Assembly (NCBI GenBank): GCA_951406725.2
Contig: OX597819.1
Span: forward strand, 91,450,001-91,514,000
Direction of reading: 5' to 3'
DNA from: Octopus vulgaris
Lineage: Eukaryota
DNA length: 64,000 bases
In this document: positions 1-14,649 of the stretch, piece after piece
Layout of the letters: every line of letters starts with the position of its first letter
Numbering within the stretch: the first letter of the stretch is position 1
Translations under genes and position numbers: made by a program
Notes under the pieces: model-generated
Told to the model about the DNA's origin: nothing
The model's input: only the letters and a program-made list of their open reading frames with translations
The model's database searches: none

Positions 1-1154
1 TGACTTATTTAACATCAGACATTTTAATGTTTCTCTCATTCTCTTCCTCTCCCAACTTTCTCTCTGTTTATGCGTGTGAGTATATTTCCCTTTATGTATA
101 TTTAAGGAGAGGGAAAGTGCTTATGTCAGTCATGTTGTATTGATAAACTGATGTCTCTCCCTCTCTCTATCTGTGTATTTCTGTGTGTGTATGTGTTTGT
201 CTACCTCCAGGGCCAAAAAGTACTGTTGCTAAGCCAAGTTCAATATCCAGTCAGCTATACCAAATTTTCAGCATCCAAACAGCTGCACCAAATCATTTCA
301 TTCTGGCCTGAGGGAAAGTAGCACAAGATCAGTGACTTTAGTATGGTAAAACAGGCAAGAAATATGCTGAATTCATTTCATTCAGAATTCATTCATAATT
401 TTGCATATATTACGTCCAACCTGAGAATGTCAGAATTGATTAAATGATCTGGCTGTGAAGCTTTTGAGTATTTCTTTTAAGATTATTTATGCACCCTTAA
501 ATGGTGTCTGAAAAAACATCTATTCTTGATCACAAATATTTTCATTAAAATTAAATGTTAAATGTAATGACATTTCTTGGTACAATATTTTAAACTATCA
601 TTATCACAACCACCACCACTACCATTATCGTCATCATTTAACATCTGTTTTCCATGCTAGCATGGATTGGATGGTTCAACAGGAGCTGGTGAGCCTAAGG
701 GTTGTGCCAAGTTCCAATGTCTGCCTTGGCATGGTTTTTATGGCTGGATGCCTTCCTTAGTGCTAACCTCATTACAGAGAATACTGAGAGCATTTTGTGT
801 GGCTCCAGTACTAGCAAAGTCATTAAGTAACTCACAAAATAAATCTCTGGGCATGGCACTTAATTCTACATGCCCCAATTCATTTAAATGCCAGGAACTG
901 GTACTAGATTTTCTGGTGATGTTACTTTGTTATCCAGGAGCTTCCTCCCTAATTCACTTAAGAACTGAAGCTAAAAAAATTAACATTATGATCTGTTGTT
1001 GGGGTTCACAAAACTGATCACTTAAATAATTTTTCTTCCATTCTTGTTTTTGTATTAGCCCTAGATGAGCCCTGAATGTACAGCCTATAGCACATAAGTA
1101 GTCAGTCAATAGCTGTGATCACCCCATCATTTTTTTTTACAAGTATACAGTTTA

Positions 1155-1482
1155 GCACATGGCTCAGTGGTTAGAGCGTGATCATGAGGTTGTGAGTTTG
1201 ATTCCCAGACTGGGCTATGTGTTGTGCTCTTGAGCAAGACACTTTATTTCACATTGCTCCAGTTCACTCAGCTGTGAAAATGTGTTGTGACATCACTGGT
1301 ACCAAGCTGTATCAGCCTTTGCCTTTCCTTTGGATAACATCAGTGGTGTGGAGAGGGGAGACTGGTATGCATGGGTGACTGCTTATCTTCCATAAACGAT
1401 CTTGTCCAGACTTGTGCTTTGGAGGGTAATTTCTTAGTGCAAACCCATGGTCATTTATGACTGAAGGGTGTCTTTACCCTTT
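1155..1482 (+). mobile_element. tRNA-derived CORE-like SINE family D; copies at 3988-4323 and 20228-20510
   Basis: TGGCTCAGTGGTTAGAGC A box, GTT.GATTCC B box, TTGAGCAAGACACTTTA...CTCAGCTGT.AAAATG CORE-like segment. Confidence 0.82.
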
Positions 1483-4400
1483 GAAGTTCAGCACTAATCA
1501 AAAGACTCCTGTGATCAAAGACATTCAAGCTTTTACCATCCAGTGTTTCTTTTCAGGCAATGTATCTAACATTACATTATACAACTTTTCTTCTTTTTCT
1601 ATCATAATACAGTACCATTTGTGAGAGATTTGGCGAAAGTTGAGTGACCATGTAGAGGCTTCCTTGATGTCTCATGTCCTTTATTTCTTCTTTAAGACTA
1701 TAGGCTGTTATTTCTAGAAGGATGAATGACCATATGCAGACATGCTTATTGGCTTGTAGTGGCCATAGCTGTTTAACTCCAGGCTAATCTGGAGGTTAAA
1801 CAACAGCAGGCCTACAATCAGAGGTGTTCCCATGACTATCCTATCTATTATTTTGGGGGCAAAATGCATTCAGGATTACATTAGATATGTCATTTTCTTT
1901 TCTTTTTTTTTTTGCTTTTTTAAATGGTAGAGTAATCTGAGGGAGACTTGACAGATTTGACTGTCGTTTCTAGCAAACTCATCAACCAAATAGAGACTAC
2001 CTCATTGACTTATTTCATTATCTTTATAATGGCCAGTGAATTAACTGAGTCATTTAAAGCATACAACAAAATGCCTTGTAGTATCTATTCTGGCACTCTG
2101 TGTTCTGAGTTCAAATCATACCAAAGTAAACTTTCTCTTTCATTCTTTGAGAGCAAATAAAACAAAGTGCCAGTCAAAGCTAATGGATTGGAAGAATTGT
2201 TAGTTCATGATATGCCTTATGATATTTGTTCAGGTTCTTTGTCTTCTGAATTCTTGAGTGGTAGAGTTACCCATTGTAAAACTATTATTTGGCCCTTGGA
2301 TGCTTTTAGCATAGCTAACTCAGTTGCAAGAATACAAGTAAGGTCTTTGCATTGAGGATAACTACTTACCTTCCTTCCACCTGTCTCAGAAGCCATGGGG
2401 AAAATATAGGGTTATAGGAGAATGGCAATATTTCTGCTGGTTGCTGCTGCACAAATTCTTTATTATTTAAGTAAAGACATTAACTTCGGACCAACCTCAT
2501 CGAGTAGACCTATGATCATAGGTATTCCAGCCATGATCATTCTGTTCCCTTCTTTTATCTGTATAGAGAACCCAGAACTACATAATCTAATGATTCCATT
2601 TTTTTTTTAAGGTGGTAGGTGAAAACTTGAGTATGTCAGTATTTTTTTATCATTACTTTTCATCAGGAAGACTACCACTGTGTGGTGCTTTGGGCAAGTG
2701 CCTTCTACTATAGCCCTAGATGACCAAATCCTTGTGAGTGGTTTTGATAGACAGAAATTGAAAGAAGACAAATGTATGCGTGTATGTGTGTGTGTGTGTG
2801 TTTGTATTAGTTTATGCCTGCCATTGCTTTTGTGGAAGTGCAGCTGTCGGTGTTATTGTCAGTGTTTCTTGTCAACAAATCACCCAAGTACTTTGTGTCT
2901 TGGAAGCTGTGTGGAATAAATGATCCTTTACTTGAAGAACAGGTATGGGTTAGTGCCAAGAGGTGCATTTTCCTATAAAACGATGCCTCAAATAACAAAA
3001 TTTTCCAACCCATGCAAACATGGGGAAAAAAATGGACATAAAATGAACAAACAAATGAATAAAGCTAAGCTATTTCTCATTAATAATCTTGCAGAATGGC
3101 CAATTTTAATATTTCAAATATTATATACATTATCAATATATTTAAAATATATCTATCATCTTTGATTTAAGACCATTACTGCATATAAATGCTGATTTTA
3201 AAAATAAAACTGAAAGATTAGCCTACTTCAAACTAGTGATTTTTAATGAGATATTTTGTAAAGAACATAAAACGTAAGAACTAAGTAGTTACTAAGAATG
3301 AAAAATAAACAAGAAGCAGATGAAATTAAATAATGTCATGCTGTTTTGTTCTTTAGAATGTATTTTAAAGTCTTAAAGTATTTTGTTGGTGTTAATTACA
3401 CATTTGATTTCATCATCATCATCATCATCATTTAGCATCCGCTTTCCATGCTAGCATGGCTTGGACGGTTCAACTGGGGTCTGGGAAGCCAGGAGGCTGC
3501 ACTAGGCCCAGTCTGATCTGGTAATGTTTCTACGGCTGGATGCCCTTCCTAATGCCAACCACTCCATGAGTGTAGTGGATGCTTTTTACGTGCCAGACAG
3601 GGCTGGCAAACGGCCACGGTCGGATGGTGCTTTATACGTGCCACCGGCATGGGGGCCAGGCGGGGTTGGCAATGGCCACGATCAGATGGTGCTTTTTACA
3701 TGCCACCGGCACGGAGGCCTGTCGGGGCAGTGCTTGCAACGGCCACGTTTGAATGGTTCGCTTACTTGCCACCGGCACTGGTATCACAGCTACAATTTCC
3801 ATTGATGTTGATTTTGATTCTGGAAAAGGCTATTCAAAATATTAAAACAGATACAGTTTGGCAGTTCAGCACAATGTTGGACTATTGACCATAATTCATA
3901 TCTTGTTGCACTGGTACTTTGCAGTGTCTGTTTTGAACAAACTCTCATTGTGAATTGGTACAATGTAGAGGTTGCTGTTGTTGTGAAGGTGCATGACTTA
4001 GTGGGGAGAGCATCAGGCTCACAATCATGAGGTAGTGAGTTCAATTTTCAGTCCAGGCTGTGTGTTGTGTTCTTGAGCAAGACACTTTATTTCATGTCGT
4101 TCCAGTTCACTCATCTGTTGAAATGAATTGCGACGTTACTGATGCCAAGCTGTACTGGCCTCTGCCTTTCCTTTGGATAACACTGGTGACATGGAGAAGA
4201 AAGGCTGGTATGCATAGGTGACTGCTGGTCTTCCATAAACAACCTAGCTTAGACTTGTGCTTTGGAGGGTAACTTTCTAGGTGCAATTCCTTGGTCATTC
4301 ATGACTGAAGAGGGTCTTTACCCCATTTTTTTTTATCTTGTTATCATTTAACTTAAGGCTAACCTGATCAAGCACTCAAAGCTATGATCAAAGGCATTCC

Positions 4401-7400
4401 AATTGTGACCATCCTGTCTTTTTTTTTTTCTGTGTAGAGAATCCAGGGCCATATTACTCAATGGGTCCCTTTGTTTTTGCCATATATCTCCTCTGCAGCA
4501 AGACACCTGTGCTTATCCTTCTATCATACTTTATCCTTTCACTTCCTGAGATAAGGTCACCCATATTGACTTTCTCCAAAATACTTCCTCTGAGTAGTGA
4601 GAACATTTTCCTTTTCCTTCTTCCCTGTTCTTTTTCAATCTTGAAGTTACATAAAATACACCCAATGCACTCTGCTAAGAGGTTGGCATTAAGAAGGGTA
4701 TCCAATCATAGAAACCATGCCAACAAAGACAGTAGAGCTCAACATAGCCTTGCAAACTTGCTGGTTACCTGTCAAATCCATCCAACCCATACCAGCATGG
4801 AAAGCAGACATTAATGATGATGATGATGATGATAATGATGACAATGATGGTAGGGTGTGATATGAATGAGATTTGTCTTCTATTTCTAGCAGGTCAAGGG
4901 ACTGTTCATAGCATCATATTTCTTGTTGTTTTGTTCCATTTAAAAGGCAAAAAGCTGTATGATTAAGTGTTATAAATTTTAGCTAAAGGCAGAAATAAAA
5001 GAAAAAAAATAGTATAAAAGCTTTATAAGGAGGTGGGGGGGGCAGTAACTCCAAATAAGAACTGACTTGGACTATGACAACCTGTCCAATTCATGCCAGC
5101 ACAGAAAGTGGACAGCCGATGATGATGATGATGGCTATGAGGATGATGTAAGATGTCATTAAAGAATGTAAACTTAACTGCCATTCCACATAAGCTTGGT
5201 AAAGACTATGACCATATTTGGTATACTGTGAACAGAGCATGGAAGTTTGTATAGTTTAGTTTCCTTTTTTGTTTTTTACTGTTTTTCTTTCTTTCCTAAT
5301 ATGTCATAACAAGTTTGCCAGATAATAAATTGCAATAAAAATAAATACTCTGTTTTTCAATATCAATTAAGTTGATATATATGTTGAGAGCTCATTCCAT
5401 TTAAACTAAGACTACTCCACAGCAGTCGTCTTTTGGTATAGCTTTATCATCCCAAACCACCACCACCACCACCACTGCCATTACCACCATATTGACTACG
5501 AATACTGCTAGTCACACTCGTTATCATTATTAGTTTAATATCTATTTCTGCTTTTTTTTTTTGCTTGTTTTCCATCATGTTGTTATGATCTGGAAGGATT
5601 CTGTATCAGACTTTTTTTTTTTTTGTTGAAGATTAGATAGCTTCCTTGCTCCTGATCATGGTGAAAGAATGCATAAGGTACTAATTTTGCCAGCAGCATA
5701 GCATGATCGTTACCAGCTTCGTCTTACTGGCACCCACGCCAGTGGCATGTGTAAAAGATTCAAGCGAGGTCGTTGCCAGTGCCGCCTGACTGGCATGTAA
5801 AAGCACCCACTACACTCTCGGAGTAGTTGGCGTTAGGAAGGGCATCCAGCTGTAGAAACTCTGCCAGATCAAGATTGAAGCCTGGTGCAGCCATCTGGTT
5901 CACCAGCCCTTAGTCATACATCCAACCCATGCTAGCATGGAACGCGGACATTAAACGATGATGATGATAATGATATCCTGCACCTCTGGACTTGAATTAT
6001 CTCCCTATTGCGACATTGATTTTTTTTATTTTAACCCTTTAGTGTTTAAAACAGTCATATCGTCATCACCATCATCATTATTTAACGTCTGCTTTCCATG
6101 CTACCATGGGTTGGACAATTTGACTGAGGACTGGCAAACCAGATGGCTGCACCAGGCTACAACCTGATCTGGCAGAGTTTCTACAGCTGGATGCCCTTCC
6201 TAACGCCAATCACTCCAAGAGTGTAGTGGGTGCTTTTACGTGCCCCCGGCACGAGGGCCAGTCTGGCAGTACTGGCAACAGCCACGCTCAAATGGTGTTT
6301 TTTACATGCGACCTGCACAGGAGTCAGTCCAGCGGCACTGGCAACGACCTCGCTCGAATGTTTTGTTCACGTGCCAGTAAGGTGACATTGGTAACAATCA
6401 CGCTCAAATGGTGCTTTTTATATGCCACCGGCACAGAAGCCAGGCAGCTGCTTTGGCAGTGATCCCGCTTGGATGGAGCTGTAAGCACTCCACTGGCACG
6501 GGTGCCAGTCATCGAATTTGGTTCGATTTCGATTTCACTTGCCCCAACAGGTCTTTGCAAGCAGAGTTTAGAGTCCAATGAAGGAAGGTTGGCATGGCTG
6601 CCAGTCGTCGAATTTGGTTCAAAACCCAAATATCTCAGCCGTTTTATGTTTAAACTGGCCAGATCTGGCTTCTCACATCTGCCCTACAATGTCTTTCTAA
6701 AGACTAATAATCACTTTAATGGAATCTCAAAGCTACAAGGTAGTACATGATTAATCCAAAACAATAAGCGTTACATTTAACAGAGTAATCTGAATGCTGA
6801 AGGGTTAACTGATGATGATGATGATTTGATAGAATAATCGGAAATGGTTAAACTCTCCACTCTGCTCATTTAGTTGCCTGCAATACATCTTGAGAATTCA
6901 CAAAGAAAAGTAAAAGAAGGAGCAGAAAGAAGAAATTAAAAAGGACAAGATAGAGAGCATTTGAAATGCCTTTGTCCTTTCAAACACCTTCCTCATACTG
7001 TCTCTTCCACAGCACAAGTCTCTAAGGCTTTCTTTTATTCTCTGACCTGGATGCCCCGAGTAAATAAAGTACCATAGAACCAAGAAAAAGGCTGCCCTGC
7101 AACAGTTATTGCATTTGTTTATGGCTGAGTTCATCCGGTTGTTATTGTTATTGTATAACCCAGATGAGTTCTGGTTGAGCTGACCAAATTATCAAAGGCA
7201 TTCAAGCTATGATCATCCTGTCTTTTGTCCTGGACTAAATCATTGAAGATGATCTTTCTCTTTATAAAACAGTATGAAATAATTTGAGGAAGATCATCTG
7301 CCATATCTAGCAGTGCAAGTGATTGTCTTGAACAGTAGTATTCAATCTTTTTCACTTCGTTATACACAGGAGGTCAAATAAAAGAATTACTGATGTGCTT

Positions 7401-7654
7401 TGCATCATCATCATCATTTAATGTCCACTTTTCTAAGCTTGCATGCATCGGACAGAATTTGAATTTGTTGAGGTCAATTTTCTATGGTCAGATGCTCTTC
7501 CTGTTGCCAACCTATTTCCAAGCAGGATAATACATCCCATGCCGGATATTATTCTAAGAAAGACTGGAAACAAATAGCATCACTTATATGACAGTGACAC
7601 TCATTTACAATCATCATGTGATGCCAAGACAAGGATACACACACACACACACAT

Positions 7655-7701
<47 letters not shown>

Positions 7702-8136
7702 ACAGGCTTCTTTCAGTTTTCTATTTCAAATCCCCTAACAAAGCTTTGATTAACCTGAGGCTGTAACAGAAGACACTTGCCCAAGGTGCAGCACAGTTCA
7801 GTGGCAGACCATTAGCACAATGCTTAGTGTAATTTCATCCATTTCTAAGTTCTGAGTTTTCTGGGTTCAAATTCTACTGAGGTCATCTTTGCCTTTCATC
7901 ATTTTGGGGCTGATGTAATAAGTACTAGCTGAGCACTGGGCTGGTGTAATCGATTTGTGCCTACAGTAGAAAGGACTTCTGGGAAGAGGTGATCTATATT
8001 AGTCTGACCGCTAGCCGTTGACCTGTGCAGTATGGGGCAGGGGCTACAAGGAGCTCTTGGAGTCACTGAAGCAGGCAAGCCACCATACCACAACAAGGAC
8101 AGGATTTTGAGGTGGTTCAAGGGAAAGGCTACTGCT

Positions 8137-8366
8137 TTAACCCTTTAGCATTTAAACTGACCATATGCAGCCCAAATATTCAACAAGTTTTATGTTCAAA
8201 CTGGTCAGATCCAGCCTCTCACACCTAACCTACAATGAAATTCTAAAATTGAAAAAAATCACATCATTGAAAGAGCAAAGATACAAAATAATATATGATT
8301 AGTTCAAAACAGTGTGAAAAAATAAGCACTGCATTTGACAGTGTAATCTGAATGCAATAGGCTTAA
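8137..8366. mobile_element. piggyBac-type MITE (TTAA-CCCTTT...AAAGGG-TTAA family); copies 6031-6808, 27134-27332, 27567-27948, 34854-35470, 45455-45727
   Basis: TTAA flanks, short CCCTTTAGCATT terminal inverted repeats (decayed in some copies), no ORF. Confidence 0.8.
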
Positions 8367-11300
8367 CTCTTTTGATACTAACCCACTTGAGAATGCCCTT
8401 GGTTCTATGATAAAAAAACTTCTTGTTTTATTCTTCTACTTGTTTAACCCTTTCATTACTGTATTTATTTTGAGATGCTCTGTGTTTCTTTTAATTAATT
8501 TTAAATATAACAAAGAATTTAGTAAAGTAACTTAGTTATCATTCAGCTAGTGTTAGGAACATAAATTGTGACTAAGGTTTGGTGGAAGATTTTAATTCAA
8601 AACTCATGAAAACAAGACATCTGTACTAAATAGCCAGAGCCGGTTTCAGCCAGGTTGGTAACAAAAGGGTTAAGTCATTTGAGTGTGGCTATGCTGTGGC
8701 ACCACCTTCAGGGGTTTTAGTCAAACTAAATCCCAAGACTTATTTTTTTAAGCCTAGAACTTATTCTATCAGTCTCTTTTGCTGAACTGTTAAGTTACGG
8801 GGATGTAAACACACCAACACCAGTTGTCTAGCAGTGACGTGGGTGGAGAGACAAACACCAACACAAAGACACACACACAAATACATATATACATTGGATT
8901 GGAGCCTGGTGCAGGCTCCTGGCTTGCCAGCCCTCAGTCAAACCATCCAACCCATACCAGCATGGAAAGTAGACAATGATGATGATGACATACATACATA
9001 GACATACATATGACAGGCTTCTTTCAGTTTCTGTCAACCAAATCCACTCATGAGGCTTTGGTTGGCCCAAGGCTATAGAAGACACTTGCCCAAACCATAT
9101 GGTTGGGAAGCAAGCTTCTTACCACATAGCCATATGATCTAATTAAAACTTTCCATCATGTTAATTTATGATACAAACACCAACTTAACAATGCCAAAAT
9201 TATTTAATTAACTTCGTCAATATTTCCTAAATTAACCGAAACAAAGGCAGAGTATTTCAACAGTAATATAGTAACAAAAGGGGTTAATGTGAATAAAGTT
9301 TCATTAAAAGCATTGCACTCAGAATTCAAAGAAACAGAACAAATGCTGCAAGTCATCTCACCTAACCCTAAAACACTTCCATGAATTCATCATCATTTAA
9401 TGTCCATTTCCCATGCTGGCATGGGTTGGACGGTTTGACTGAAAACTGCTGAGCTGGGAAGCTGCACCAGGTTCAAATCTGATTTGGCATAGTTTCTATA
9501 GCTGGATGCCGTTTCCAACACCAACCACTCCAAGAGTGTAGTGGGTGCTTTTTACATGCCACTAGCATGGGTACCAGTTACGAAACAGTGCCACTGGCCA
9601 CAACTATGGTCTCACTTGGCTTGACAGGTCTTCTCAAGCACAGTATATTGCCAGTGGTCTCAGTCACTTGTCACTGCCTCTGTGAGGCCCAAAGTTTGAA
9701 GGTACTTTCTATGTGACAGTTCTGCAACACTGGCATCAGCCACAACTACAATTTCACATGGTTTGATGGGTTTTCTCAAACATGGCATATTGCCTAACAT
9801 TCAAAGGGTGCTGTGTACATGTCACTGGCATGGGTGCCAGTAATGCAACACTGACATCAGCCTGGGTCACATGACAACGTTTCCATCATTAGACTGGTGC
9901 TAGGCACCACCTTAGGGAATTTTAACTGAACAAATCAACCCCAGTACTTATGTTTTAAGCTCAGTACTTATTCTATCAGTTTCTTTTGCTGAACTGCATA
10001 GTTGAAGATCCCTAAACACACCAACACTGGTTGTCAAGTGGTGGTGGAGACAATCACAGACACAAATTCACACACACATATGTATATATACATTACAGGC
10101 TTCTTTCAGTTTTCATCAATCAAATATATCCACAAGGTTTAGGTCATTTCAAGGCTATAGTAGAAAATACTTGCCTAAGCCATGCAGTGAAACTGAACCT
10201 GGAACTATATGGTTGGGATGCAAACTTCTTATTACAACCATACCTGTGCCTATATAGCCACACCTGCATGGAGAAGAGCTTTTTTATTGTTGGATGCCAT
10301 TTCTATTACCATTTCCGCAGTTGTTTTAAACTGAGGTAATAATCTCCCAGTCAATAGCAAAACAAACAGCCTAGTTATGGTTACACAGAGTGGGAAATAA
10401 ATAACATTGTTTGAATGAGCCTTTTGTTTACAAAGATAATACAACATAGGAAGATATGTTAAGATATCTGTTTAACCACATCAATCTGAGTGTAGCAGCT
10501 CTCTCTCAAAAGAGTTAATAGGGGTTTGATCAGTTTAAGCATAGAGAAAAAACAAGCTGTTCTCAAGCTTTTGAAGCACACCTGCCACAAATATCCTTCC
10601 CCATAGCCACAAAGCAGAGAAAGACTACACTCTTTTCTGAGCCAAAATGTGATGGGTTGATGCTCACAATAAGCTCAACAGATAGCTGGATTTATCCAAC
10701 ATGCAGTAACAACTATTGAACAGCAATGCATAGACACCAAACAAATTCAAATTTATATTGTCCTGCATGCATCTCAAATGCAAACAGTTGTTGATAGCTC
10801 CAACATGACTATGCCTGTAGAGTTTAACCTGAATAGCCAATGCTCTCTGTAGTACTGTCTGACCAAGAACATTAGCAAATTGTTCATAACACCTGATCTG
10901 AGAGGTTATCAAAAGAATTTTTCTTCTTTGATGTCCAGAATTAACCCCAATCTATTGCCATTCATATCTGCTGACAATCCTTTCTGTAAAGCAAAAGTTG
11001 ATGTTCTGCTAACTACATTTCTAGAGTACAATCAGCACCTGATAACACTCCAGATGCTGGGTGTCCAACTTTGGTTCTGCTTGAACCAGAACTGTTGCTC
11101 AGTCAAGGAGATGAGCTGTAGAAATAGATGTCTGGCAAATGACCACTCCTTCTGACCAATGTTGTGCAAGAGTTTCTGCAACTGTTGCAGCCTCAGTGTA
11201 GAAGATAGTGCTTGTCTCTAAATCCAGTCTTTTACGAAACAACACATCCATAAATTTGATCAAGGCCAACAAAAAGAAGTATAAAACTCATAACCACTCA

Positions 11301-12298
11301 GAAGATGCATGTCTCCCAGAAATAGTAGTCTTGCTGACATTTATCACATTTTAATACAGTGACCTGAGGTCAAGGCAAATAGCTGGCAGAATCATTAGCA
11401 TGCCAGACAAAATGCTCAGTAGCATTTCATCTTAATGTTCTGAGTTCAAATTCCACCAGGGTCAACTTTGCCTTTCTTAATTTCAAGTCATTAAAATAAG
11501 TACCAGTTGAGCACTGGGATCAATGAAATCAACTAATACCCTCCCTTGAAACTATTGGCCTTGTGCCAAAATTTGATCCCCAAAACAGTGATCTAGGGTC
11601 ATAGAGTAAGTGTCCTTGCTTTCAAGCTGACACCAAGTCATTTGTATTTATACAACCAGCATAAGAGGTGTGAAGAAAATGAGAAAGGTAACTTATTTTG
11701 GACTGAAGAAACAGACACCAATCCCTTATTAGTGGACATGGTAAACTTATCAATTGTATCCAAAATCTTTCCACTGGTAATTTTTGGATGATTTTCTCAA
11801 AGCCCATCCTTTTCATGTGTAGATTTGTAGTTTTGGATTGTGTTTTGTGTGTCCCATGGACTCATTGTTGTCCTTTCAAACAACAATGAATTTGAGGAGT
11901 TTGTCTTTGTGTTATCATTATTCTTTTAGTCACAGATATTTTTCCAGACAGTAATTCTTAAGTAGAGAGAGGAACCCACTACCACAACAACAGCTAGAAA
12001 AATGACATATTATGCAATCACCTTGCTGTCATGGAAATCTTTGCTTCCACCTCGCTGTGGCTTAAGACTCCACTAAACTGTAGTGGTTGCATTTCTTTGG
12101 GTGTTATATAGTAGGTCACACTCCTTTCAGGCATCTCTCAGCTGTTATGTGTTATCCTTTCCTGGTTTGTTCTTTAGACGAAAAATGTAAACCTGGTCCA
12201 ACAATATGCTTCCCATACTTTTCCAGTTGCTCAACTGAAGTATTCCTGTTATGAGTGAAGATTCCCTTTTCACAAGTTGGTAATGTTAATAAGAGTAA

Positions 12299-12809
12299 CT
12301 GAGTCATTCCATGTCAAATCACCCAGGTCACCCCCTCAGATCCCCCCGAAAAAATTCATACTAGCTCCTGTACCTATACGATGGAAAAATATCAAGCATT
12401 AGGTCAATATCTAAGATAGTTTTGAAATTGTAGGTCTTTAAAATATTACTTAATTATAGATTTTTTCTGAATGAGCCTCTTGGAAAAACTTGAGACAACC
12501 ATTTCTCCTCTAATAAAGCACAACTTTGGAAACAAGTGTTTGGGGCTAACTTTTTCTGTAGAGTTCAAATATCTATATTTTTCCATCTACAGGCCTCTGA
12601 AAATTGCCAAGAATTAAACACACAGGAAATATATGCTTCTTTTCAGTATTTTTATCTCAATATGTACACTAGAGAAAGCAACCACAATTTTTTTCCTGTT
12701 ACTTAGCATATAGTAGATCATTTCTGAGCAGTAACCTGAGCAGGGGGATCTGAGGGGATGACCTGGGAAATTTTTCTGAAACTGGGCAATCAGATATGGA
12801 ATAACCCAG
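12299..12809. mobile_element. Non-autonomous DNA transposon with terminal and subterminal inverted repeats
   Basis: CTGAGTCATTCCAT...CCCAGGTCACCCCCTCAGATCCCCC versus GGGGGATCTGAGGGGATGACCTGGG...ATGGAATAACCCAG; superfamily not determined. Confidence 0.72.
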
Positions 12810-12903
12810 TTGTATTGCTACAACTGGGTTATCTTGAGGTTGGGAATAGTCCATTAAATCTAACCTAGTACATGGCTGGCACTTATTTTATTGAAGATGA
12901 AAG

Positions 12904-14240
12904 TTAACTCATTAGTGCCCAAATTTTTTTCTTTAATTTATTACCAAAAATCTTTTTATACAACTTTATCTGATACTGAATATACAAAAAAAAAATTTAT
13001 TACAATATTCTAAGAAAAAAAGTACATTTTTAGTTTGGTCTTTTTTTAGGACCATGAGCATATAGGGTCTTTTGTTCAAAAAGACAGGATTTTCAAAGTA
13101 GAATACTTGATTTCAAAAAGGAAAATAAAAATAAAAAAGCACTGTTTTATTTATTTATTAATTCAAATAATATGCATATTACTTGAAAAAAAAAAAAGAA
13201 TAGAAAGTAATTATTTTTCAGAACAATCTAAATACAGATTACTTCGAATGCCATTTGTTGAAACATTCACCTATATAAAGACCAACATTACATTTTACAC
13301 ATTGTTTTGAAACTTTTTTTTTTTTTGTAAAAGACACATTTTCTTTCTTTCCCTCCCTCTGTTCCATCAAGAATATATTCAGTAGTAGATAATCTAATTT
13401 CTGGTATTACTTTTGAAGAAAATACCTTTGGCCGTACCGAATTTTTGGGATCAGAATCTGAGGATAACTCCAAATAAGCTTGTGTAACTGACCTCCTGAA
13501 ATCTAATAATGTCAAAGTATTTCCATTTGCAAAACAATGTACAACCCAGGAATTAACCAATATGGTATCAAGGGAATTTGTGAAAAGACTAAAGTACCAC
13601 TTCTTAGATGTAACAAAGATGCGATACCTTTGGATAAGCCAGTCTAAGTGGTCCACACTCCCCATTGTTATACTCAGATATGAGAAATGGCTGAGGAAAA
13701 AAATATTTCCTTTCTATGTGGTTGACCATCTTTTAGCATTTCCAACAGAAGTGGCAGACTGATGATTGCTTGCAATTGTGAAAACATTGTTGTCATGCCA
13801 TTTCAAAGAAAGAATTCTTCTTTTTCTTCAAAGTTGTAGACATAGGATCCATGATTTTCCTTTTTCTGGGATTTGTCATCCTTCGGAGGACATCTGGATG
13901 TTCTGTTTGAACGTACTAAACTCACAATTCTGATTCCTAAGGATTTCATTTGTGCAAATAGATTATAACTTGAGGAAAAGTTAACATAAATTTCATGATC
14001 ATTGGGGTTCCCTAGGTAATAGGTCATTGATAAAACCACTCTTGAACCTAGACTGTCATTGTTCTTGGTATTGGAAGCAGGATTAATTTTTCTTTCATTG
14101 ATATATAAATACATTCTAAAGCAATAGCCACTAGAGGCACAACAAAGCATGAAACCAAATCTTACTGGCTTACCCCTTATAAATTGTTTTAGAGAGCTTT
14201 TTCCATAGTATCTTACTATCTGTTCATCTACTGACAGTCT
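12904..14240 (-). mobile_element. Decayed piggyBac (PGBD2/PGBD3-like) transposase, 3' half plus right end
   Basis: Translates to VDEQIVRYYGKSSLKQFIRGKPVRFGF, LGSRVV, MGSVDHLD...YRI...KKWY..LF...NSW...LDFRR and a Cys-rich tail, with frameshifts and stops; TTAA at 12904. Confidence 0.9.
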
Positions 14241-14649
14241 CCAAACTGACTGAACTTCTGATTCAGAGCATCAGCTAGCAGTCTAATTTTGAATCTCGCT
14301 TTTATTCGTTTCAGTCATTTGACTGTGGCACCACCTTTAGTCAAGCAAATCGACCCCAGGACTTATTCTTTGTAAGCTTAGTACTTATTCTATTGGTCTC
14401 TTTTGCTGAACCGCTAAGTTACGGGGACGTAAACACACCAACATCGGTTGTCGTGCGATGTTGGGGGGACAGACACACAAACACATACATACATATAGAT
14501 ATACATATATACGATGGGCTTCTTTCAGTTTCCATCAACCAAATTCACTCACAAGGCTTTGGTTGGCCCGAGGCTATAGTAGAAGACACTTGCTCAAGGT
14601 GCCATGCAATGGGACTGAACCTGGAACCATGTGTTTCATAAGAAAGCTA

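Noticed and set aside
10500-11340. Apparently unique, possibly once-coding stretch with short ORFs
   Set aside because: Probably a highly decayed retroelement, but no motif could be identified with confidence; needs tblastx.
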